This document shows, in pieces, positions 53,039 to 63,251 of a stretch of 64,000 bases of DNA. Position 1 is the stretch's first letter. Each line of letters opens with the position of its first letter. The notes beneath the pieces were generated by a model. It worked only from the letters and a program-made list of their open reading frames with translations, was not told the DNA's origin and did not search any database. A program made the translations under genes and the position numbers. Source of the stretch: Nitrospirota bacterium (lineage in GTDB: Bacteria; Nitrospirota; Thermodesulfovibrionia; Thermodesulfovibrionales; UBA9159); assembly GCA_963699545.1 (NCBI GenBank), contig CAVOUE010000006.1, forward strand, positions 384,001-448,000, written 5' to 3'.

Positions 53039-54588
53039 CAGAGAACGCAGCATTGAAGAAAGTGACGTCCATCATGTCCGGCTTCCTCGCACGACTGAGG
53101 GCGGTGGGAGAACCTCTCCAGAGGGTCCTCACCTTCAGTCTTGCTGACGATTCCCTTGCGCCCGCGAAAAGCGTCTGTGTTGCGGTCGAGAAGGGACATC
53201 TGTCCGTAGCCTACGCTTCACGAATGCTGTCGCGCATTACCCTCGAAGGATGCAAGCTCTACCCCGTGGAGGAAAAATATCCGACCCCCGAGGCCCTGGC
53301 TTCATCCGTAGCGCTTACGCTCAGTACGATGGGCGTCTCAAGAAAAGCTGAGATAACGCTGAGCCTTCCCAAGGCATGGACGGTCATTAAGAGCACGGAT
53401 CTTCCCTCTACGGTCAGAGATAACCTCCCTGACGTGCTTTCCTACGAGATGGACCGTCTCACACCCTTCGCTTCCGGAGAGGCATTCTTCGATTTTAGGA
53501 TTGTGAGGGAGGACAGTGAGAAACTCACATTACTAGTAGTTGCGGTGAAGACCGATCTTATCAGCCCCTATCTTAAAGCGCTGGCGGAAAAGGGCTGCAA
53601 CGTTAGCAGGGTTACCGTAAACCTTTCCGCTACGGGCACCCTCTGCCGGTACACAGACACATGCCCCGACTCCCTCTTTATCAGGATTGGCGAAAAGGAA
53701 TACGAAGGTGCGCTTTTTGAGAGCGGTTTTATGACCACTGCCTTCGCAGGTTCCTTCGGGGCTGGCAATGACAGGGAAAAACTGAATACGGTGACGGCAG
53801 AACTGGAACCCCTTCTGGAAGGTGTAAGAAAAGAGGGGAAATCACCACAGGTTATTGTATCGGGAAAAGACGGGAACACGGCCCTCGTGGAAATGATGAA
53901 ATTGAGCATGACCGTTCCCATCAAGATACTTGAGGAGACCGACATGCGGTTGGGTCTCTCAATGAAAAATATCTCCTATGGGGCCGTGGGAGGAGTGATC
54001 GAATCCTTATGGCCCCGGGCAAGGGGATTGAACCTGCTGGAAAAGGGCCAGCGGACAAAGAAAAAAACTTCGATAGCCCTAACGGCTATCCTGGCCATTG
54101 CAGTCGTTGCACTGTGGGCCATCTCCCTCGTTGCCCCTGTCAAAAGTGAAGGGAACAGGCTCAGAGAAATGGATCGGCAGATCGCAATGAGAAAAGACGA
54201 GGTCAAGAAGGTCGAGGCGCTGAAAAAGGACGTTGCTGCGATGGAGAGTGATATTGCAGCCATCAATAATTTCAAGGAGAACAGACCGATGGCATTGAAT
54301 ATTCTTAAGGAACTCACGAACGTTATTCCGAAAACTGCATGGCTGACACGGACAAAGATTACCGAGACGACGGTGGACATCGACGGCTATGCAGCTTCAG
54401 CCACCGAGCTCATACCGAAACTGGAGGCCTCACCCCATTTCAGAAAAACGGAATTTGCGTCTCCTACGTTCAGGGACCAAAAACTAAATGCGGACAGGTT
54501 CACGATCAAGATGGAGATTGAAGGCGTGAAAAAGACCGAAGGGGAAAAAACCGTCGGGAAAGAAAAACAGAAAAATGAAAAGAAGTAG
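53035..54588 (+). CDS. gspL: GspL/PilM-PilN-like protein
   Basis: Cytoplasmic domain, NLL motif before one TM helix, PilN-like C-terminus. Confidence 0.78.
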   Translation: MTENAALKKVTSIMSGFLARLRAVGEPLQRVLTFSLADDSLAPAKSVCVAVEKGHLSVAYASRMLSRITLEGCKLYPVEEKYPTPEALASSVALTLSTMGVSRKAEITLSLPKAWTVIKSTDLPSTVRDNLPDVLSYEMDRLTPFASGEAFFDFRIVREDSEKLTLLVVAVKTDLISPYLKALAEKGCNVSRVTVNLSATGTLCRYTDTCPDSLFIRIGEKEYEGALFESGFMTTAFAGSFGAGNDREKLNTVTAELEPLLEGVRKEGKSPQVIVSGKDGNTALVEMMKLSMTVPIKILEETDMRLGLSMKNISYGAVGGVIESLWPRARGLNLLEKGQRTKKKTSIALTAILAIAVVALWAISLVAPVKSEGNRLREMDRQIAMRKDEVKKVEALKKDVAAMESDIAAINNFKENRPMALNILKELTNVIPKTAWLTRTKITETTVDIDGYAASATELIPKLEASPHFRKTEFASPTFRDQKLNADRFTIKMEIEGVKKTEGEKTVGKEKQKNEKK

Positions 54589-55126
54589 AACGCTTATCAT
54601 TTCCATCCCGTTGATGGTCCTTCTGCTGGGGTTTGTTACCTATCGGTACGGGTATGTCAAGATCAGGGGAGATATCCAGTCCATCAGAGAAGACCAGGCG
54701 ATAAGGGCGAAGACCCTTCAGAGATATATTGAACTCATTGCGGAAAAATCCCCTCTGGAGAAGAAGTTTACTGTGCTCACAGAGGAGCGGAAGGCCGACA
54801 CTTCAAAGCTCATCGAAGGGCAAACCCTTGCCCTTGCTGCAGCGACTCTGCAGGACATGGTAAAAGGCATTATCAGCAGCAGAGGCGGGGCGATATCCAG
54901 CGAACGAGTGGGCAAGCCCGAAGATCTCGGAAAGTTCAGGGTAATCACGGTGACCATTGACGCTGTTGTTCCCGATTCTCGGGCATTGAGCGATATCCTT
55001 TACTCCGTAGAGACCCGGACCCCACATCTTGTGGTGAAAGAACTTGACATAAGGGTCCGGGATTTCAGAAACCCCAAGGAGCTCATGGTGAAGCTGGATG
55101 TTTCCGCTTTGACTACCGGGAAATAG
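54575..55126 (+). CDS. gspM: GspM-like protein
   Basis: N-terminal TM helix, coiled coil, ferredoxin-like tail; follows gspL. Confidence 0.72.
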   Translation: MKRSRTLIISIPLMVLLLGFVTYRYGYVKIRGDIQSIREDQAIRAKTLQRYIELIAEKSPLEKKFTVLTEERKADTSKLIEGQTLALAAATLQDMVKGIISSRGGAISSERVGKPEDLGKFRVITVTIDAVVPDSRALSDILYSVETRTPHLVVKELDIRVRDFRNPKELMVKLDVSALTTGK

Positions 55127-55301
55127 AGTCTCCCGGGCGATCTGAAGAGGGTATGTTTCACCATTCAATCACAATGCCATCCCTCATTTTTTTTATTGTC
55201 GCCATTCGGGTCCGCCTAAAGCGGACGACCCGGAATCCATTATCTTTGTTGTGTCTGGATCGCCGCGTTCGCGGGAATGACATGCCAAGGTGAGCCGATC
55301 G

Positions 55302-56562
55302 ATGGACAAACTGCATATAACCGGCGGCAAGAGACTCAAAGGCGAAGTGACCATCAGCGGCGCAAAGAATGCAGCCCTGCCCATCATGGTATCCTCCATA
55401 CTTGCTTCGGGTGAAAGTACCATACACAGGGTTCCGGAATTGATGGATGTCATGACCATGGGCAAGCTCCTGGACAACCTCGGCGCCGGCTTTCATTATG
55501 AACCGGGTACGGCCGTTATCAATACGGAGCACATTGACAACCACGTGGCGCCCTATGACCTTGTAAAGACCATGCGCGCATCGGTTCTGGTCCTCGGTCC
55601 GCTTCTCGCCCGCACCGGAAAGGCAAGAGTCTCTCTGCCGGGAGGATGTGCCATCGGTGCACGGCCCATCAACCTTCATCTCATTGGTCTGGAGAAGATG
55701 GGGGCAACTATTGAGCTGGACAGGGGATATGTGAATGCCAGTACAAAAGGCTTGAGAGGCTCGGCAATACGTCTCGATATGCCCACGGTCACAGGTACCG
55801 AGAACCTCCTGATGGCAGCGTCGCTTGCGAAGGGCACGACAGTGATCGAAAATGCCGCAAAGGAGCCAGAGGTCGTTGATCTCGCTGATGCCCTCTCGTC
55901 CATGGGCGCCAGAATAAGCGGCGCGGGTGAGAGTACCATCGAGGTGGAAGGAGTGGATGAGCTCAGGCCGCTGCACTATTCGATCATCCCGGACAGGGTG
56001 GAGAACGGGCACTTTCATGACCATTGCAGGCATAACAGGAGGCGAGATCTTCATCAAGGGGTGCAGGCCGGACCACTCCGAGGCCTTGATTACGAGATTA
56101 AGGGAAGCAGGCCTCAAAATCGACATTGAGGGTGCCGGGATGCTGGTCACAGGTCCCGACCGGCCCGGAGCAAAAGATATCAAGACAATGCCCTACCCTG
56201 GATTTCCCACGGATATGCAGGCCCAGTTCATGGCGCTGATGGCCGTGGCTGAGGGAACAAGTGTCATACGTGAAACCATCTTCGAAAACAGGTTCATGCA
56301 CGTGGCCGAACTGAGAAGGATGGGCGCTGATATCGAGATCGAAGGAGGAGTGGCGACAGTGCGAGGGGTGACGAAACTGAAAGGCGCTGACGTTATGGCC
56401 ACGGATCTCAGGGCCAGTGCTTCACTCATTGTTGCAGGTCTGGGGGCAGAGGGGAGAACGATCATTCACCGGCTTTATCATCTGGACAGGGGGTATGAAC
56501 AGATAGAAGAGAAACTGAAGGGGCTCGGTGCTACTGTGGAGCGGATGAAAGATGTCCGATGA
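55302..56562 (+). CDS. murA: UDP-N-acetylglucosamine 1-carboxyvinyltransferase (frameshift near 56005)
   Basis: [38 protein letters not shown]. Confidence 0.95.
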
Positions 56563-57376
56563 GCATCCCAAGGGTTTCCTTAAGGTCTTTCCTGTCGACC
56601 ACCATATCGATCATCCCGTGTTCGAGACAGAATTCTGCCCTCTGAAAGTTTTCGGGCAGTTGCTGTTTGATCGTCTGTTCGATCACTCTTTGCCCCGCAA
56701 ATCCTATGAGGCTCTTTGGCTCTGCAATGACGATGTCCCCGAGCATGGCAAAGCTCGCCGTAACACCTCCGAAGGTCGGATCTGAAAGAATTGATATATA
56801 GAGTATCCCTGCCTCCTTCAGCCTTCCAATCGCAGCAGCGGTCTTTGCCATTTGCATGAGAGAGAAGATTCCCTCCTGCATCCTCGCACCTCCTGAGGAC
56901 GCAACGGTGACAAGGGGGGTCTTCTTCTCCATTGCCAGCTCAGCCGCCCTTACGATTTTCTCGCCAACGGCAGAGCCCATGCTCCCCCCATGAAAGGAAA
57001 AATCCATAACCGCGATCACAACGGGGTATCCGTTGATGAGGGCATCTCCTGTGATGACCGCCTCCCTGAGTCCGCTCCTCTTTTGATACTCTTTGACCCT
57101 TTCCCTGTAGGGGACGGTATCCTGAAAACCAAGGGGGTCGCCGGAGGTCACTCCCGCCTCCGTCTCGACGAAACTCCCCTCATCCAGGATGAGGTCCAGA
57201 CGCTCCGCGGCACCGATCCTGAAGTGGTAGTTACACTTCGGGCAGACCTTAAGGTTCTTTTCGATCTCCTTTTTATAGACGATCTCCTTGCAGTTCTCGC
57301 ACTTCACCCACAACCCCTCGGGGATCTTAACTTTCTTGTCGATCTTCTGTTCTCTTGTCTTCTTAAACCATGCCAT
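56531..57376 (-). CDS. accD: Acetyl-CoA carboxylase carboxyltransferase beta subunit
   Basis: C4 zinc finger, [14 protein letters not shown]. Confidence 0.96.
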   Translation of the reverse strand: MAWFKKTREQKIDKKVKIPEGLWVKCENCKEIVYKKEIEKNLKVCPKCNYHFRIGAAERLDLILDEGSFVETEAGVTSGDPLGFQDTVPYRERVKEYQKRSGLREAVITGDALINGYPVVIAVMDFSFHGGSMGSAVGEKIVRAAELAMEKKTPLVTVASSGGARMQEGIFSLMQMAKTAAAIGRLKEAGILYISILSDPTFGGVTASFAMLGDIVIAEPKSLIGFAGQRVIEQTIKQQLPENFQRAEFCLEHGMIDMVVDRKDLKETLGMLIGHLSSAPQ

Positions 57377-57445
57377 AATTCAGTACACGGCAATCAGCGC
57401 TCAGTGAACAGTCAGCCTGTCTTCGCTCATCACTCTTCACCGTCG

Positions 57446-58219
57446 TTAAATTGCCCTCCTCAGCTGAGACATAAATTCGTCAAGGCCTTCGGGTGACTCA
57501 TGGAGCTTTTTCACGATGGCACTGCCGATGATTACGCCATCAGCAGACTCGGACACTGCCCCGGCTTCCTCGGGAGTCGAAACACCAAAACCCACCGCAA
57601 CGGGTTTCTTCGTGATTCCACGAATGACGCTCAACGATTCACGGATCGGACTGTCAAGGGAGAGTTTTGACCCTGTAATCCCCGTCATTGAGACATAGTA
57701 GATAAAACCCGTTGATGCCCTGGCGATCTTCTTCATTCTTTCTTCTGTCGATGTCGGCGCCATGAGGAATATAGTGGCAAGATGTCTTCCACCGGCGAAA
57801 CGGAGCAGTTCCCCTGCCTCCTCAGGGGGCAGGTCCGGGATGATCACGCCATCCACTCCCGCATCAACAGCGTCTCTCACAAACCCTTCCACTCCATATT
57901 TGAAAACCGGGTTATAGTATGTCATAAGGACAATGGGTATCTGACTCTGCTGCCTCAGATGCCTCACGAGGCCAATAACCTTCTTCAAATGCACGCCGGA
58001 ATCAAGAGCCCTCTCCGCCGCCCTCTGGATGGTCGGCCCATCGGCAAGGGGGTCTGAAAAGGGCACGCCCAACTCGACAATGTCAGCGCCTGCCCTCTCA
58101 AATAAAAGCACCGTCTCCCTCGTCTTCTCAAGGGAGGGGTCCCCCGCCATGATATAAGGGATGAATGCCTTCTTGCGCTGAGCCCTCAGTTTCCTGAAAG
58201 TCTTGTCGATCCTGTTCAT
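57446..58219 (-). CDS. trpA: Tryptophan synthase alpha chain
   Basis: ELGVPFSDPLADGPTIQ, VGFGVS, GSAIV. Confidence 0.97.
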   Translation of the reverse strand: MNRIDKTFRKLRAQRKKAFIPYIMAGDPSLEKTRETVLLFERAGADIVELGVPFSDPLADGPTIQRAAERALDSGVHLKKVIGLVRHLRQQSQIPIVLMTYYNPVFKYGVEGFVRDAVDAGVDGVIIPDLPPEEAGELLRFAGGRHLATIFLMAPTSTEERMKKIARASTGFIYYVSMTGITGSKLSLDSPIRESLSVIRGITKKPVAVGFGVSTPEEAGAVSESADGVIIGSAIVKKLHESPEGLDEFMSQLRRAI

Positions 58220-58229
58220 AGCGGTCTCA

Positions 58230-59417
58230 TCATTCTATCCCCTTGATCTCTGCGACCTGCTGCACATCCTTATCGCCACGGCCTGATAGGTTCACCACAA
58301 TGACCTCGTCACGCGCCAGCTTCGGCGCACGTTTCACCGCTTCTGCCAGCGCATGGGCTGATTCGAGGGCAGGGATGATCCCCTCTGTTCTGCTCAGGAG
58401 TTCGAAAGCAGACAGCGCCTCTTCATCAGTGGCATACGTGTATTCGACACGGCCGAGGTCCTTCAAATAGGGATGCTCGGGACCCACAGCAGCATAGTCC
58501 AGTCCTGCCGAAACGGAATGGGTACCAAGGACATTCCCCACTTCATCCTGAAGGAGATAGGTCTTTGTCCCCTGGAAAACCCCAAGGGATCCTCCCGCAA
58601 ACCTTGCAGCATGTTCACCACCCTCGATCCCCCTGCCGCCTGCCTCCACCCCGACCATCTTCACCCCGTCATCCAGAAAAGCATGGAAAAGCCCCATGGC
58701 ATTGCTTCCACCGCCGATGCATGCAATAAGATGCCCGGGCAGCTTGCCTTCCGTAGTGAGGATCTGTTTCCTTGCCTCCCTGCCGATGACAGACTGAAAA
58801 TCCCTGACCATCACGGGAAAGGGATGGGGCCCGAACACTGTTCCCAGGACATAGTGAGTGCTCCGCACGTTGGTAGTCCAATCCCTCAGCGCCTCGTTTA
58901 TGGCATCCTTCAGTGTCCTGGAGCCTATAGGCACCTCCGTGACCCTGGCGCCAAGGAGTCTCATCCTGAAGACGTTCAACGCCTGTCTCTTCATATCAAC
59001 AGAGCCCATATAAATCTCGCACGCCAGCCCCACCAGAGCGGCGCCTGTTGCCGTGGCAACTCCGTGCTGTCCGGCGCCTGTCTCTGCAATGAGCCTTTTC
59101 TTTCCCATTTTTTTTGCAAGTAATGCCTGGCCAAGGGCGTTGTTTATCTTGTGGGCCCCGGTGTGTGCAAGGTCCTCCCGCTTAAGGTAGACCTTCGCTC
59201 CCCCGAGGTGTTCGGTAAAACGCTTTGCAAAGTACAACGGCGTCGGTCTTCCGATATACGTCCTCTGGAGGCGGACCAGCTCTTTCTGAAATTCTCCGTC
59301 GGTCCTTGACCTGAGATACACAGCCTCAAGCTCCGTGAGGGCAGGCATCAGCGTTTCGGGGACGAACCGGCCGCCATATTGGCCGAAATAGCCTCTTTTA
59401 TCAGGTACCTTCTTAAT
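58230..59417 (-). CDS. trpB: Tryptophan synthase beta chain (apparent ATT start)
   Basis: [39 protein letters not shown]. Confidence 0.95.
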   Translation of the reverse strand: MKKVPDKRGYFGQYGGRFVPETLMPALTELEAVYLRSRTDGEFQKELVRLQRTYIGRPTPLYFAKRFTEHLGGAKVYLKREDLAHTGAHKINNALGQALLAKKMGKKRLIAETGAGQHGVATATGAALVGLACEIYMGSVDMKRQALNVFRMRLLGARVTEVPIGSRTLKDAINEALRDWTTNVRSTHYVLGTVFGPHPFPVMVRDFQSVIGREARKQILTTEGKLPGHLIACIGGGSNAMGLFHAFLDDGVKMVGVEAGGRGIEGGEHAARFAGGSLGVFQGTKTYLLQDEVGNVLGTHSVSAGLDYAAVGPEHPYLKDLGRVEYTYATDEEALSAFELLSRTEGIIPALESAHALAEAVKRAPKLARDEVIVVNLSGRGDKDVQQVAEIKGIE

Positions 59418-59518
59418 GATTCTCCTCCGGAATGAGAGTGTAATAAGGTGTTATTATAGCATAATTGAAAGGGGAGTCAGGCGGGACATTTAAGGAAGGG
59501 ACTGACAAGGATATTTTA

Positions 59519-59935
59519 TCAGCCGATTGTAATGGCCAGAAATTCTTCCGGGGTAAGGATGGGCAGGACGTCCATTTTGTAGTCACCCTTGTTTCTGGTA
59601 ATGAGGCACTCTGACTTTGCCTGGACGGCCGAATAATACTGCACGGCATCTTCGAAATCCCTGAAACTCGACGTGAGGGCGAGATCGATCACCCGCTCGT
59701 CGACTGTTGCAACATTAAAGACGATTCTGACCTTTTCAAGTATCTTTATTGCCTTTTCCTGCCTCAGTTCTTTCGAAAGCAGGTAATAGAGTGTCGGAAA
59801 ACTGAGGGCGCAGAGATAGCCCTTCAACTTCTTTTCCTCGATCATTTTGAATATTGTTGCAGCGGGAGCATAAAAAGGTTCGCGTTTCAAAAAAATATCG
59901 AGAAAAAAATTGATATCACAGAGAACAGATTTCAA
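59519..59935 (-). CDS. PIN-domain toxin
   Basis: DINFFLD, DFEDAVQ, ITRNKGDY. Confidence 0.9.
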   Translation of the reverse strand: MKSVLCDINFFLDIFLKREPFYAPAATIFKMIEEKKLKGYLCALSFPTLYYLLSKELRQEKAIKILEKVRIVFNVATVDERVIDLALTSSFRDFEDAVQYYSAVQAKSECLITRNKGDYKMDVLPILTPEEFLAITIG

Positions 59936-60180
59936 CGATACTTTTCCTGAAGGTGCTTTCTGTATTCCGCTCGAAGCTTCCTCGTACCCATTCCGGTCGA
60001 AAGAACGCCGGATATTTCCGACAACACCGGCGATTCAGGTGCTTCCTTTTCTTTCCGAATGGAGAGGGATCTGAAATAGTCCTCCACTATTCGAGAGAGG
60101 CTGACGCCTTTGGATCGCGCCGTTTCCTTTGCCTGCCTGATGACTTTATCGTCCAAACGTAGAGTGAGCTTTGTAGTCAT
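59932..60180 (-). CDS. DUF6364-like ribbon-helix-helix antitoxin
   Basis: TKLTLRLD...AK...SLSRIVEDYF; overlaps the PIN gene. Confidence 0.85.
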   Translation of the reverse strand: MTTKLTLRLDDKVIRQAKETARSKGVSLSRIVEDYFRSLSIRKEKEAPESPVLSEISGVLSTGMGTRKLRAEYRKHLQEKYR

Positions 60181-60194
60181 AAAAATACCTCCTT

Positions 60195-60232
60195 GACGTA
60201 TTTATTTTATTTTATTGTACGTCTAATGTCAA
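60195..60232 (-). promoter_or_regulatory. Toxin-antitoxin promoter with operator repeat
   Basis: TTGACA-17 bp-TAAAAT with GACGTA...TACGTC inverted repeat. Confidence 0.7.
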
Positions 60233-60902
60233 GAGGTGACAACAAGGGATATTTCCCGGTTGTTTTATTTCATCTCCTTGGTTCTCCCGGAGCGTTTCCT
60301 CAGCGGCAGGAGGAAGGGATACATAACCGTCCTAGATGTTGTGGTTATCTTATGGCCTGGCAGACCATATCAAGCAGCCCAAACACAGAAGTCCACCGAC
60401 CAGTCAACACCCACGCTCTTTTGACGAGGCGATGATTTCCATTTCAAGTCCTCGCTCTGTGCGCACGTTCATAGGCGGCGTACTTCGTCCCGAAGTATGC
60501 GCCGATCAAAATTCCCAGTGAACGCAAACCTCCACATAGTAGTGCTCACTGTAAGGCCCCGCAGAAATTTGAAGATTTCCGGAAAACGTCGCGGTTCAAA
60601 AGCAATGCAAATTGCGAGGAGTTCAACTGATAATTCTCATACCAAAAATCCCACAATCTTACGTAAATAGCTGCAAACTTTCCAAGCCTTTTACAGCTTT
60701 CTATTAAAGCGCTTTCTTGTTTCAGTGTGCCGGAATCAATTAGCAGGCAAAATAACCTACGCGTTCCTGCCCATTTCAAATACCAATCGGGCGCTGAGAA
60801 TCCAAGACGTTCATGCAGCTTGCTATACCGTTGCGATAGCGCGCTGAGAGTGTCGAGTTGCCGAGCAACAACCTCACTTTTCGTGCGGTTACCACCCAGG
60901 CA

Positions 60903-61361
60903 TCATCGATTTCTTGGAGAGACCTCCTGCATTCTCAATTCGTCGCGGCACGCATTGCTGAAATCGCGCACGGGGTCCAGCACGCCGCCTTTCAGATCGT
61001 CCGCTACTACATCGCGAATCGACTTGTTCGGACCCTGGTACGTTTCGACGATCCTTATCATGATCCTGTCCGCCTGGTCGATAACTACCTGCGACGAAAA
61101 GATACGCATCTGGCTGACGAGGCTGTAGAGGTGGACGAGTTTCGGGACATCCGCCGTATCGTGTTCAAAGGCGTCCGCATAGGATTTAGACGACTCTTCG
61201 ATAAAGTCCTTGTATAAGTCTATTCGTCTGCTGATATCATGCGCGAGCACCTGGGCGCTGAACTGCACGCGCTGCGTCAGCCACGATGCTCCTAAGGATG
61301 TGAGACCGCCGACCACAGATCCGGCCAATGCGGCAAGTGCGGAAAGATATTCTGTCTCCAT
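60903..61361 (-). CDS. Hypothetical protein with an N-terminal TM helix
   Basis: AGGAGA SD then METEYLSALAALAGSVVGGLTS. Confidence 0.7.
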   Translation of the reverse strand: METEYLSALAALAGSVVGGLTSLGASWLTQRVQFSAQVLAHDISRRIDLYKDFIEESSKSYADAFEHDTADVPKLVHLYSLVSQMRIFSSQVVIDQADRIMIRIVETYQGPNKSIRDVVADDLKGGVLDPVRDFSNACRDELRMQEVSPRNR

Positions 61362-61597
61362 AGTTCTCCTTTCGTGGATTCGACCATAGCGTCCGGTCAC
61401 TCCACTACTGAATACCCGATCAACATGACCATTGTCGGAGTAAGAGCGTGCAATCGAAATGCCATGCCGAGAAACAGAGCCGCCGGAAGACGCATCTCCC
61501 AACGCAAGCCGACTCCTCTGCTCGGCATCAAAATGATGACCTTTCCCGCCCTGAAATCCAATGCAAGGGTCATTCCGGGCTCTGAAATACAAAATAG

Positions 61598-62248
61598 CTA
61601 AAACTGCCATCCTCCCGTTTGCTCCTTCTGGAAAACAGACCTGATCCCGCCAGCGATGTCTCGGCTCAACTTCTCAAGAGCACTACTCATCGAGGCAACG
61701 AGCGCCTCATAACTGCTGCCATTTATCTGCTCTCTGATGATCGATTCGCTTGCCAGAAGCAAACTTCTATTGCGGGCGAATACTTGCCATTGGACCTTCA
61801 GCAGCACTGAATCACCAAGGGTTCCTTCGAATCGGTCCACAAGCACTTGGACTCTGCACGAAGCAGGCACTTGACTCTCCAGATAGGATGTCCAACGCAC
61901 CACGGAAAAACGATCGGCAGGCAGAAGGCTGGAGATGTCCTCTACGAGGACACGGGTGACATCGCTCTCAAGAGAACCGGCCCATCGGTCGAATTCCGAA
62001 AGTTTGAGTTCGTTCTTGCCGGCGCGGGTCACTATCTGAGGCCGGTCAAGATAGTCGGGTATGCGAACGGGACCTATGGCAATTATTTGGTTTTGTTCAG
62101 GGAAAGCATCAGGGGTGATCGAGGTCCTGTTCTGCAAAGGGTTCAACTGATAGAACTTCGAAGAAGGCGAACCGGCACATCCGGCCAGGATTACCACTAA
62201 CAGTCCAAGGGCAATGAGGGGACGCTGACCCAAACGAATAGTTTTCAT
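61598..62248 (-). CDS. PqiC-family ABC auxiliary lipoprotein
   Basis: Lipobox LAG-C, GPVRIPDYLDRPQIV, RWA. Confidence 0.9.
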   Translation of the reverse strand: MKTIRLGQRPLIALGLLVVILAGCAGSPSSKFYQLNPLQNRTSITPDAFPEQNQIIAIGPVRIPDYLDRPQIVTRAGKNELKLSEFDRWAGSLESDVTRVLVEDISSLLPADRFSVVRWTSYLESQVPASCRVQVLVDRFEGTLGDSVLLKVQWQVFARNRSLLLASESIIREQINGSSYEALVASMSSALEKLSRDIAGGIRSVFQKEQTGGWQF

Positions 62249-62249
62249 T

Positions 62250-63251
62250 TCATTCTCCTTTAGCGGGGCTCTTCCCTCTCAGCAATGCCTCAGGGTGGCG
62301 TTCAAGGTAATCCGCCAGAACACGGATGGAACGGGAGAGCTCGGCGATCTGCTCAAGCGTCCTGCCTATCTCATATCCGAGATTTGCATTCTGCACGGCG
62401 ATCACGTTGATATTTTCGACTGTTTTGGTTGTTTCCTTCAGGGTATCTTGGGCTGACGACAGAGTCTCCTTGATGCTCGATGCAATCTGTCCGGGTGCAC
62501 CTTCATCGAACCTGAGTGTTTTTTCGGCTTGAGCAAAAGCTGCACGGGCGGCATCCGTTGTTCCCTTGATGTCTGAAGCTATGGGCCCGACCTTAGAATT
62601 TAGATTCTTCACGAGTATATCACCGTCCTTGAGCAACTGATTCAACGAGCCGATGCTTGCCTGCAGGTCGCGGGAATTGACGAGCTTACTTATTCCTGCA
62701 AGGGTTTCGTTTAATCTGTCGGCGATTTCGTTGAGCGGCAGCTCCTCAATTTTTTTTGTTAGTTGTTCCATACCCGAAGGGACGGTGGGAACCTCAGGGT
62801 ACCGCTTTTCGAGGCCGACAAGCCTGATCGGAGTATTCGGATAGAAATCGAGATTGACCATGAGCTGGCCGGTGACAAGACTCTGCAACTGGAGCTGGGC
62901 TCTCAGTCCTTTCTCTATCAAGGCCTGAAGATACTGTTGGTCATAGCCATGATCTCCCTCTATTGGCACGATTTTTTTCGGATAGATTTCTACGTAAACC
63001 GGGATAAAAGCGGTGAGATCTCTTGCATTCATTTTCACGATGACATCGGTCACTTGCCCTATCCGTGCGCCATGAAACACTACCGGCGCTCCGATCTGGA
63101 GCCCTTTCACCGAACCCTCAAAGAACATCACACTCTTTTTGGCCTCTGTGAATAACTTGCCTGAACCGAAAACGACTATGCCTGCAACGACGAGAAAAAT
63201 AGCGCCAAGAACAAACGCTCCGATGAGACTCTTGCTCGCCTGCTTACTCAT
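62250..63251 (-). CDS. MCE/MlaD-family protein
   Basis: GLQIGAPV...IGQV, LVTGQ, LERHPEALLRG. Confidence 0.92.
   Translation of the reverse strand: MSKQASKSLIGAFVLGAIFLVVAGIVVFGSGKLFTEAKKSVMFFEGSVKGLQIGAPVVFHGARIGQVTDVIVKMNARDLTAFIPVYVEIYPKKIVPIEGDHGYDQQYLQALIEKGLRAQLQLQSLVTGQLMVNLDFYPNTPIRLVGLEKRYPEVPTVPSGMEQLTKKIEELPLNEIADRLNETLAGISKLVNSRDLQASIGSLNQLLKDGDILVKNLNSKVGPIASDIKGTTDAARAAFAQAEKTLRFDEGAPGQIASSIKETLSSAQDTLKETTKTVENINVIAVQNANLGYEIGRTLEQIAELSRSIRVLADYLERHPEALLRGKSPAKGE

Noticed and set aside
5701-56562. Frameshifts in acnA, prpD, aroK, aroC, mfd, the VCBS gene, gspE and murA as pseudogenes or programmed frameshifts
   Set aside because: Small indels are scattered through otherwise intact genes, including normally essential murA, without a shared slippery motif; sequencing or assembly error is more likely. 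Read polishing would decide.
60440-60540. Minus-strand fragment LGILIGAYFGTKYAA resembling a permease remnant
   Set aside because: Too short to assign without a search
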